A stretch of DNA of 64,000 nucleotides from a virus. Below the pieces are notes generated by a model that saw only the letters and a program-made list of their open reading frames with translations, ran no database searches and had not been told where the DNA came from. Both the position numbers and the translations under genes were made by a program. Shown here one piece after another: positions 57,643 through 64,000 of this stretch. Numbering within the stretch: the stretch's first letter is position 1; each line of letters opens with the position of its first letter. The stretch is taken from positions 32,792 to 96,791 of IMG/VR virus record IMGVR_UViG_3300021139_001840; one strand, written 5' to 3'.

Positions 57643-57701
57643 TAATATTGTATTAGTTATATTTTAATTAAAACCCTGAAATTAAAAACTTCAGGGTTTT
57701 T
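57629..57701 (+). terminator. overlapping antiterminator (57629-57677) and terminator (57670-57701)
   Basis: AGGGTGTTAGTTAA pairs TTAATTAAAACCCT; alternatively AAAACCCTGAA pairs TTCAGGGTTTT. Confidence 0.75.
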
Positions 57702-57722
57702 CATTTGTAAAAGGAAAGAAAG

Positions 57723-57905
57723 ATGACAATAGATTATAGTAAATTAAACAATCGTATTGTGGAACAAGCTCATCAGGCAGCTAAAAATTATTTTAGTTTA
57801 TCTGAAGACGAAAAGCAAAAATTGTTTCAGAATAAGATTGAGCGAGCGAAAACAATGCTTGAATTACGCGATAAAGATCCTGTTTATTTTCAAATTGAAG
57901 ATTAA
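57723..57905 (+). CDS. hypothetical protein
   Basis: 60 aa, AAGGA RBS, first gene after the terminator. Confidence 0.6.
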   Translation: MTIDYSKLNNRIVEQAHQAAKNYFSLSEDEKQKLFQNKIERAKTMLELRDKDPVYFQIED

Positions 57906-58021
57906 ACAGTATTAAAGTAGTAAAGTGTTATAGGAAACGAGATCCTGCTAGGCACTATAAACATCTGGCAAATGGGCGGCCTATCGGATGAAACTCCTTG
58001 TGTGGAGTGAAAAATGTTAGC

Positions 58022-58100
58022 GTAATAAAGTGTATTGCGTACCCGTTGTTGGTCGCTTACTCGCCAGAGTATTCCCTAAGCATACAATACACTTTATTAC
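58022..58100 (+). repeat. 16-bp perfect inverted repeat enclosing 47 nt
   Basis: GTAATAAAGTGTATTG / CAATACACTTTATTAC. Confidence 0.85.
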
Positions 58101-58125
58101 ACGCATTCTTAAGAGAGCGTTAAAT

Positions 58126-58214
58126 GGGTGCTATTCTCTGCGGGGGTCTGTAAAACCCTTGCCATAATATGCAGAGCGGCTGGCGATTAGGTTCAACTCC
58201 TTTAGTGCCCACCA
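58126..58214 (+). tRNA. atypical tRNA-Tyr(GTA) lacking a normal D-arm
   Basis: GGGTGCTA/TAGTGCCC-A-CCA, anticodon arm GGGGT-CTGTAAA-ACCCT, T-loop TTCAACT. Confidence 0.65.
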
Positions 58215-59113
58215 TCATATTCAGTAACCTGCAGAACAAGTTCCTTATAGGTTAAAGACGATTTGCCTTTTTTCTTGTTATTGTCAGAATGCGGCATTAG
58301 CTCGCAGTTAAGAGGATGAGTAATAAAATATGGATCGTAGTTATTTTTAATTGCTTCTGTAATAGATATTTTATGGTCTCTGCTTAGTCCGTTAGGATTC
58401 CATTTGCCGGATTTTCCACCAGGAGCATAAAATCCTACTGCGTTAAGTAAGTTAAGGTCGAACAAATCAGGATAGTCGTAAACATTAAATCGAAAACGAT
58501 ATTCGCTTCGTTTATTGGAATGATATTCTTTATGAGTATTACAGAATTGAAGGCTTGTCCTTGCTAAAAATTTAATGTGGCATACTTTGCAAGAACACTT
58601 GCGTAAGGGAGAGAAATCCCCTACAATTTCTACTTGTTCAGTCGGATTTTTTCTACCTCGACAATCTTCGTTGCAGAATCGGCGAGGAGATTTAGATAAA
58701 AATACTTTAGAGCATTTTTCGCAAGTATTTTTTGCTAACGGTGAAAAATCACCGCTTATTTCGATACCATACATAGTTGATTGAGTAGATAAGCGTTGTT
58801 GTTGACGAGATTCAGCGGAATGTGTGGAATTAGTAGCACTTGATGAACAAGATTTAGAACAATAAGTTAAGTGCCTTGATTCGTAAGGCAATGTAGTATT
58901 ACAATGAGCGCAAGTTGTTGGAGACAGATAATACTTAGTGATTCGATCATTAAGATTTTTTATGTTTGAATCTTTAGCAATCTTAAATCCAGCCATTGAC
59001 TTATCGTAGTGTTTCTTAGCATATTCTTTATCGTGTGCTATTAAAAAATGAGTGTGTATGCCTTTGGTAGATTTTACTTCGTGGCATGCAATACAAGAAC
59101 ATAGTGTTTTCAT
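58202..59113 (-). CDS. HNH-type homing endonuclease with zinc-ribbon repeats
   Basis: Many CxxC; SRDHKIS..HPLNCELM..DNNKK. Confidence 0.8.
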   Translation of the reverse strand: MKTLCSCIACHEVKSTKGIHTHFLIAHDKEYAKKHYDKSMAGFKIAKDSNIKNLNDRITKYYLSPTTCAHCNTTLPYESRHLTYCSKSCSSSATNSTHSAESRQQQRLSTQSTMYGIEISGDFSPLAKNTCEKCSKVFLSKSPRRFCNEDCRGRKNPTEQVEIVGDFSPLRKCSCKVCHIKFLARTSLQFCNTHKEYHSNKRSEYRFRFNVYDYPDLFDLNLLNAVGFYAPGGKSGKWNPNGLSRDHKISITEAIKNNYDPYFITHPLNCELMPHSDNNKKKGKSSLTYKELVLQVTEYDGGH

Positions 59114-59166
59114 ACTATTATTTAGCTGAATAAGCAGGTTCGCAAACTATTTTGCGCACCATATTC

Positions 59167-59222
59167 GTTGTAAAAATACAACACCTAATTTGGTTGACAA
59201 TTAATTCAACCGAAGCTATAAT
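59167..59222 (+). promoter_or_regulatory. palindromic site plus sigma70 promoter
   Basis: GTTGTAAAAATACAAC then TTGACA-17-TATAAT. Confidence 0.75.
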
Positions 59223-59269
59223 AGTTGTATAGTAAGTAATTAAAGTTCATTAACAATTTAGGTAGAATA

Positions 59270-59808
59270 GGGTACCCTGAGAAGGGTTGCTATATTGAAA
59301 CGTATTAGTGGGGGCAGATAGTTATGCCTAGGGCGCCCGTATACAAGATACATTAGTGTGTTTCAATATGGTAATAAGGTAAACCTGTGCCACTAGGGTG
59401 ACTCCAAGCTGTCACTGAAACAGACCGACAAGGAACGAATCAGCGGTGTTGGAGGCCATGAACGGAGGGCAGTTGAGAAAGTAATCCTTACAGCGGCAAA
59501 CTGTCTAAGGAGCATGGCTCAACAAAAAGCTCGACTGCGGTGGTAGTTGCAGGTTCGTAATGAGTAGTTCCATTAGAGGTTTGCCCCTCGCAAGTAACTA
59601 CAGCCTTACACCCCACCATTATTGTTAAGATTGTGAGCGAAAGAGTAAGCAATCCTAACTGTCAAGGAAGATAACCACCTTGTGCAACTTACTCCACGAG
59701 AGAACGCCGTATGCTGAGACGGCATAACGACCACAAGGGAACAACTGCCGCATGGTACCCAATCCATCCACGAGTTCTTAAACATACGACAGTAATCTTA
59801 ACAATAAT
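59270..59808 (+). ncRNA. candidate large structured ncRNA(s) in the tRNA array
   Basis: No ORF, raised GC, 24-bp helix with G.U pairs (59287-59374), 17-bp IR (59616-59810), many stems. Confidence 0.55.
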
Positions 59809-59886
59809 GGTAAGGTGGCAGAGAGGCCCAATGCAAGGGACTGCAAATCCCTAAAATCGTGAGTTCGAATCTCACCCTTACCTCCA
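59809..59886 (+). tRNA. tRNA-Cys(GCA)
   Basis: AGGGA-CTGCAAA-TCCCT, U73, CCA. Confidence 0.92.
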
Positions 59887-59892
59887 AACAAT

Positions 59893-59966
59893 CGCGGGAT
59901 GGAATATCGGTAGTTCGCTGGTCTCATAAGCCAGTCAGCCAGGTTCGACTCCTGGTCCCGCAACCA
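59893..59966 (+). tRNA. initiator-type tRNA-Met(CAT)
   Basis: CGCGGGA with C1:A72 mismatch, CTCATAA loop, CCA. Confidence 0.85.
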
Positions 59967-59971
59967 AATAC

Positions 59972-60047
59972 GGATTACTAGCTCAATCGGGAGAGCACTG
60001 CACTGTCACTGCAGAGGTAAGGAGATCGAAACTCCTGTAGTCCGCCA
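59972..60047 (+). tRNA. tRNA-Asp(GTC)
   Basis: CTGCA-CTGTCAC-TGCAG, G73, CCA. Confidence 0.9.
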
Positions 60048-60134
60048 AGTTTTAGGTTGACAATAAATTCAACCAGTGTTATACTAAGGATAGTTAAAAC
60101 AATGTAAAATAGAGGTTCGATACTAAATAATAGT

Positions 60135-60893
60135 ATGAAAACGTGTCCTAAATGTAATACAACACATAGTAAAGCAGGTATGTATTGTTCAAGAACTTGT
60201 GCAAACAGTAGATCCTGGTCCGAGGCTGATAAAGCAGTTAAATCTACCGCGGCGTTTAAAAGCGATAAAGTTATTAAAGCTACGACTATTGTTAAATCTT
60301 GCAAGTGCGGTGATACCTTCGAGACAAAACCATATCTTAGTAAAACATACTGTTCGCGTAAATGTTCGTCTAAGTATCAGCGCAAGGCACCAGGCGGATA
60401 TAGAGAAGGATCCGGTCGCAGTAAATCGGGTTACTACCGGGGAATATATTGCGGCTCTACTTACGAATTATGCTGGGTCATTTATAGCATCGAACACGAT
60501 ATTAAATTTACTCGATTCGATGGTGTCCTTGAACATAATAGTGTAAAATATTATCCCGATTTCTTGTTAGCAGACAATAAAACTATCATCGAGACTAAAG
60601 GATACGAGAAGCAAGATTCAGTAGATCGTAAGACTAAAGTAGCAGAGCACTTCGGATACAATGTAAAAGTATTGCGAAGAGATGATTTACAGTATGCGTT
60701 CGATTATGTAACGCAACAATATAACACTAGTGAATATTATACACTATTCGACGGATATAAACCTAAATATGAATATGTATGTAATCACTGTAATAACAGA
60801 TTTAGTAAAAATAAAAAATTAAAAACCGATGTAGTCTTCTGCTCGCGCACTTGTGCTGGTAAAGGACACAAAGGTAGAGTTATGTCCTCATAG
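60135..60893 (+). CDS. PD-(D/E)xK-type putative homing endonuclease with zinc ribbons
   Basis: YCSRTCA repeats; STYE, YYPDF..IIETKGY; stop lies inside tRNA-Glu. Confidence 0.8.
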   Translation: MKTCPKCNTTHSKAGMYCSRTCANSRSWSEADKAVKSTAAFKSDKVIKATTIVKSCKCGDTFETKPYLSKTYCSRKCSSKYQRKAPGGYREGSGRSKSGYYRGIYCGSTYELCWVIYSIEHDIKFTRFDGVLEHNSVKYYPDFLLADNKTIIETKGYEKQDSVDRKTKVAEHFGYNVKVLRRDDLQYAFDYVTQQYNTSEYYTLFDGYKPKYEYVCNHCNNRFSKNKKLKTDVVFCSRTCAGKGHKGRVMSS

Positions 60894-60960
60894 TTTATGT
60901 TGGTTAGAACCCCGGCCTTTCACGTCGGTAAGCCCGGATCGTCACCGGGTGAGGACGCCA
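60884..60960 (+). tRNA. tRNA-Glu(TTC)
   Basis: GTCCTCA/TGAGGAC, CCGGC-CTTTCAC-GTCGG, CCA. Confidence 0.85.
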
Positions 60961-60966
60961 AGTATT

Positions 60967-61042
60967 GCCCTTATAGCTCAGTTGGTAGAGTACCTGTTTT
61001 GTAATCAGGATGTCCCGTGTTCGAATCATGGTGAGGGCACCA
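60967..61042 (+). tRNA. tRNA-Thr(TGT)
   Basis: Canonical D-arm, TTTGTAA loop, CCA. Confidence 0.9.
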
Positions 61043-61049
61043 AAACAAT

Positions 61050-61127
61050 CTGTGTGTAATGTCAACCTGGTAGACGGCCTTGTTTGGAACGAGGAGGCTG
61101 GAGGTTCAAATCCTCCCACGCAGACCA
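61050..61127 (+). tRNA. tRNA-Pro(TGG)
   Basis: TTTGGAA loop, GGAGG-TTCAAAT-CCTCC, CCA. Confidence 0.88.
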
Positions 61128-61135
61128 CAATCTAT

Positions 61136-61214
61136 TCCGCAGAATCCGAGCTAGGCGCACGGACTTGACTGTTAATCAATGACTAGCTGGGTTCGAGCCC
61201 ACGCTGTGGAGCCA
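61136..61214 (+). tRNA. tRNA-Asn(GTT)
   Basis: TCCGCAG/CTGTGGA, CTGTTAA loop, G73, CCA; irregular T-arm. Confidence 0.8.
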
Positions 61215-61222
61215 GTAATAAA

Positions 61223-61315
61223 GGAAGGTAATGCAGTGGGGATGGTCCCGCGACTGGCCTTGAAAACCAGGTTCTGCCAAAAGCGGATGGAGTTCGACTC
61301 TTCTGCCTTCCGCCA
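61223..61315 (+). tRNA. tRNA-Ser(TGA), 8/4-type fold
   Basis: 8-bp acceptor GGAAGGTA/TGCCTTCC, 4-bp T-stem, long variable arm, CTTGAAA loop. Confidence 0.85.
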
Positions 61316-61321
61316 AACTAA

Positions 61322-61408
61322 GGAAGATGTGTTGCAAGGTGCGACCGAGGTTTGCTAAACCTCCGTTCAGAAATGGGCTGATAGGTTCGATTCCTATATC
61401 TTCCGCCA
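61322..61408 (+). tRNA. tRNA-Ser(GCT)
   Basis: GAGGT-TTGCTAA-ACCTC, long variable arm, G73, CCA. Confidence 0.88.
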
Positions 61409-61413
61409 GTAGT

Positions 61414-61487
61414 GCGGGTATGATGAAAAGGTATCCTGAATCCTTGCCAAGGATTATTTGAGAGTTCGATTCTCTCTACCCGCTCCA
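61414..61487 (+). tRNA. tRNA-Gly(GCC)
   Basis: GCGGGTA/TACCCGC, TTGCCAA loop, U73, CCA. Confidence 0.9.
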
Positions 61488-61493
61488 AACAAT

Positions 61494-61570
61494 GGGTCTT
61501 TAGCTCAATGGATTAGAGTTCTGGTCTTCGAAACCAGCGGTTGGGAGTTCGAGTCTCTCAAGACCCACCA
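61494..61570 (+). tRNA. tRNA-Arg(TCG)
   Basis: CTGGT-CTTCGAA-ACCAG, CCA. Confidence 0.9.
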
Positions 61571-61633
61571 GAATTGACAACAAAATACTTTTATAGTATA
61601 ATAGCATATTAACCATAAAGAAAGGAGCCGAAT

Positions 61634-62239
61634 ATGCCAGCAGTATTTTTAGTATCAGACACACACTTTGGTCATGCCGGTGTATGTCGCTTCACACGCG
61701 GAGATGGTGTTACAAAACTTCGCCCGTGGACAGATCCGGCGGAAATGGACGAAGCAATGGTCAAGGCTTGGAACGAAAGAGTACGACCTAACGACAAAGT
61801 TTACCACTTAGGTGATGTTGTTATGAATCGAAAAGCATTGCCTATTATGGATAGACTTAACGGAGACAAGGTTCTTATTCGTGGTAATCACGACATTTTT
61901 AAAGATGAGGACTACCGGAAATACTTCCGTGAACTTCGTGCATATCATGTGATGAATGGAATGATTCTTAGCCATATTCCTATTCATGAAGAATCGCTAG
62001 GTAGATTTGGTTGCTCAATCCACGGCCACCTCCACGCCAATCGTGTAATGAAGCCACGCGGAGTTGATGCCAAGACCGGCAAAATTCTATATAGCGACGA
62101 GATTGATCCACGATATTTCAATGTGTCCGTTGAACAACTACCCGACTTTGCTCCAATCTTATTTGAAGATGTATTAAAGAGGATTAAAGAGCAGGGAGGG
62201 GGAGTCGGATTTAAGAATGGGAATGGACCTGCAATGTAG
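61634..62239 (+). CDS. calcineurin-like metallophosphoesterase
   Basis: SDTHFGH, LGDV, GNHD, HGHLH. Confidence 0.9.
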   Translation: MPAVFLVSDTHFGHAGVCRFTRGDGVTKLRPWTDPAEMDEAMVKAWNERVRPNDKVYHLGDVVMNRKALPIMDRLNGDKVLIRGNHDIFKDEDYRKYFRELRAYHVMNGMILSHIPIHEESLGRFGCSIHGHLHANRVMKPRGVDAKTGKILYSDEIDPRYFNVSVEQLPDFAPILFEDVLKRIKEQGGGVGFKNGNGPAM

Positions 62240-62377
62240 TTCTGCCTCGGGTCCAGTCCGGACCTGGGCAGTCTTCGGACATTTTAGTTGTAATTCCGTT
62301 GGACCAGCATAGGTAGTAGGTAAATGGTGTATTGTTCATACTATTATTCAGCATTATCCACGGACATTTATACTTTT

Positions 62378-62432
62378 GTTGTGAAAATACAACACCGTTT
62401 AGGTTGACCGATAATCCCCAAAATGCTATAAT
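62378..62432 (+). promoter_or_regulatory. palindromic site plus sigma70 promoter
   Basis: GTTGTGAAAATACAAC then TTGACC-17-TATAAT with extended TG. Confidence 0.75.
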
Positions 62433-62463
62433 ATTACATACAGTTAGAATTTAGGAGCAGAAA

Positions 62464-62643
62464 ATGACACAAGACACGCTAAAACACTTGTTGGCACAGA
62501 GTGGAATCACTCTAAAGATTGACGGCACCTACTCAGGTGACTTGGCCGCATTTGGTCGCCTGCTGGATCTACACACAGATTGGTTGGATCAACTTGTGCT
62601 TGACGATCAAGCAAACTGGGCTCTTGGATACGGGATGAACTGA
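62464..62643 (+). CDS. hypothetical protein (not in ORF track)
   Basis: MTQDTLKHLLAQSG..., 59 aa, AGGAG RBS. Confidence 0.7.
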   Translation: MTQDTLKHLLAQSGITLKIDGTYSGDLAAFGRLLDLHTDWLDQLVLDDQANWALGYGMN

Positions 62644-62954
62644 TGAACTTGGCATTAGACTACGATGACACTTACACCAGAGATCCAATCTTTTGGGATT
62701 TGATGATCGATCTGGCGCAGAGTCGCGGACATAAGGTGTATTGCGTCACTGCCAGAAGTGATAGCCATTCAGACGAAGTATATGATGCTTTAGGCAGATC
62801 GCTCGGTAATGATGCTATCTTGTTCACATCCGGAGTCGCAAAAAGATCGTATGCTTACAGTCAAGGTATCAATATTGATGTTTGGATTGATGACAATCCT
62901 AATATGATTACTACAGGTATTAAAGTAGACGACGCTCACACAGGACTATGGTAA
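62643..62954 (+). CDS. minimal HAD-family phosphatase-like protein
   Basis: ALDYDDT, CVTAR, K, WIDD. Confidence 0.75.
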   Translation: MNLALDYDDTYTRDPIFWDLMIDLAQSRGHKVYCVTARSDSHSDEVYDALGRSLGNDAILFTSGVAKRSYAYSQGINIDVWIDDNPNMITTGIKVDDAHTGLW

Positions 62955-62966
62955 TAAAGGAAGAAA

Positions 62967-63176
62967 ATGAACACTAAACTTATTCAACAGCTGGCCCAAC
63001 AGGCCGAGGAATATGCTGATACTATGTGCTCGGAACGGACTTTAGTTCTTGACCCTGCTGGATGGAATTCTGTATTCCAGGAACGGTTTGTAGAGTTGGT
63101 ATTGCAGGAAGCCAAATCGGTATCTGATTACGACAGCGTTCGTAGAATTGATGATATTTTTGGAGTTGAACAATGA
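62967..63176 (+). CDS. hypothetical protein
   Basis: 69 aa, RBS. Confidence 0.65.
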   Translation: MNTKLIQQLAQQAEEYADTMCSERTLVLDPAGWNSVFQERFVELVLQEAKSVSDYDSVRRIDDIFGVEQ

Positions 63177-63361
63177 ATGCCGTTTATCCAACCACCACAA
63201 TCGAATCGCAGGGCTTACAATATGCTTCCATAATTGACATGGGCGATCGGGTGAGAATACAACTGTATCCCAACCAAGTGGATCGGACACGGTTTATCAA
63301 TATTGACAAACGAGTCATATCTGAATTGATTAAAGCATTAGAAAAGGTAGAACAATGGTAA
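63173..63361 (+). CDS. hypothetical protein
   Basis: ATGA coupled, 62 aa. Confidence 0.6.
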   Translation: MNAVYPTTTIESQGLQYASIIDMGDRVRIQLYPNQVDRTRFINIDKRVISELIKALEKVEQW

Positions 63362-63561
63362 TGAACGCAAATGAATTAGCTGATGAATTGGATTGGCATT
63401 GGGATAATGATTGCCGTAGTCCGGCTATCAGTAAATCGGCAGATATGCTACGCCAGCAACAATCTGAAATCACGGACCTACGACAACAAGTGGCATTCTT
63501 GGAAGACTATCGGGCAGTCTGGGCTCCGGTGATCCGCCAACATCAAGGATTAGACAAATGA
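63361..63561 (+). CDS. hypothetical coiled-coil protein (MNANEL...LRQQQ)
   Basis: TAATG coupled; paralogous to next gene. Confidence 0.65.
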   Translation: MNANELADELDWHWDNDCRSPAISKSADMLRQQQSEITDLRQQVAFLEDYRAVWAPVIRQHQGLDK

Positions 63562-63848
63562 ACGCAAATGAACTTACTGCTTTAATTTCAGAATGTTTGA
63601 GAGAAACAGACGACCACGAGTTTTTCTTAAAACTTGAATCTGTGCTACGCCAGCAACAAGCGGAAATAGATGCGTTACGAAAAGAACTAGATACAGCAAA
63701 CAAAGCCTATATGTGGATGGATGAAACATACAAAGGAAATTTAGCTGAAATAGAAGCGTTGAAAGCAAAAATTCAAGAATTAGAACCAAAGAAAACAGCT
63801 TTAGAAAAGAAGATGGAACTCCATATAAGAAAGGCACAAGAGAAATGA
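63558..63848 (+). CDS. hypothetical coiled-coil protein (MNANEL...LRQQQ)
   Basis: ATGA coupled; shares N-terminus and LRQQQ block with previous gene. Confidence 0.65.
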   Translation: MNANELTALISECLRETDDHEFFLKLESVLRQQQAEIDALRKELDTANKAYMWMDETYKGNLAEIEALKAKIQELEPKKTALEKKMELHIRKAQEK

Positions 63849-64000
63849 ACGTACAGATAAGAATCAACCGGGACACAGATGCTGTTGAAATCTTCACAGG
63901 TGACAAATGGGTTGCCACTTATGTTCAAGAAGACATTGACAAATTACAAGCTGAAAATGACTCACTGAAAGCTGATGCTGAAAGACTGGATTGGATATGG
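63845..64000 (+). CDS. hypothetical protein, truncated by window end
   Basis: MNVQIRINRD...KADAERLDWIW, open to edge. Confidence 0.55.
   Translation, partial: MNVQIRINRDTDAVEIFTGDKWVATYVQEDIDKLQAENDSLKADAERLDWIW

Noticed and set aside
61223-61315. Selenocysteine or opal-suppressor tRNA
   Set aside because: The anticodon is TGA, which reads UCA (Ser); Sec needs anticodon TCA.
1-64000. Short antisense or out-of-frame ORFs in the track (e.g. 12591-13289, 38933-39307, 42714-43076, 52207-52554, 59778-59963, 60904-61128)
   Set aside because: They lie opposite or inside well-supported genes or tRNAs and show no motifs or start signals; they are shadow ORFs.
1-64000. CRISPR array or rRNA
   Set aside because: No regularly spaced repeat-spacer series and no rRNA-like sequence seen; the 17056-17181 repeat is two copies within a coding frame.
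1-64000. Stop-codon reassignment
   Set aside because: Conserved genes are full length in the standard code, end in TAA, TAG or TGA, and no suppressor anticodon is present.

Overview
This AT-rich 64-kb window comes from a large lytic dsDNA tailed phage with T4-like gene content. The host is Gram-negative, judging by spanin-like lipoproteins, an outer-membrane beta-barrel and a proteobacterial-type CspA. From left to right the window holds: (1) replication and chaperone genes (DnaE fragment, GroES, clamp loader, PhoH, DnaJ, ClpA-like ATPase); (2) a lysis cassette; (3) a late block of probable virion-packaged, Glu-punctuated multi-module proteins (about 14-25.4 kb); (4) a family B DNA polymerase and a probable sliding clamp; (5) a 7-deazaguanine DNA-modification cluster (DpdA/TGT-like, FolE, QueD, a second QueD-like protein, QueE) mixed with sugar-nucleotide enzymes and glycosyltransferases; (6) RNase H; (7) a circularly permuted two-piece tmRNA; and (8) 13 tRNA genes, 12 of them in one array with structured non-coding cassettes. 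Seven free-standing homing-endonuclease-like genes are scattered through the window. The most striking unexplained signals are a leaderless 40-codon leader ORF with mutually exclusive antiterminator and terminator hairpins ahead of the tRNA array (a candidate tRNA-shortage-sensing attenuator), the permuted tmRNA with a 29-aa tag, a covarying RNA leader on two GIY-YIG genes, a pseudoknot and dual-promoter leader on queD, a D-armless tRNA-Tyr, and endonuclease insertions that duplicate the 3' ends of their target genes. All calls come from reading motifs by eye; no database searches or folding programs were run.
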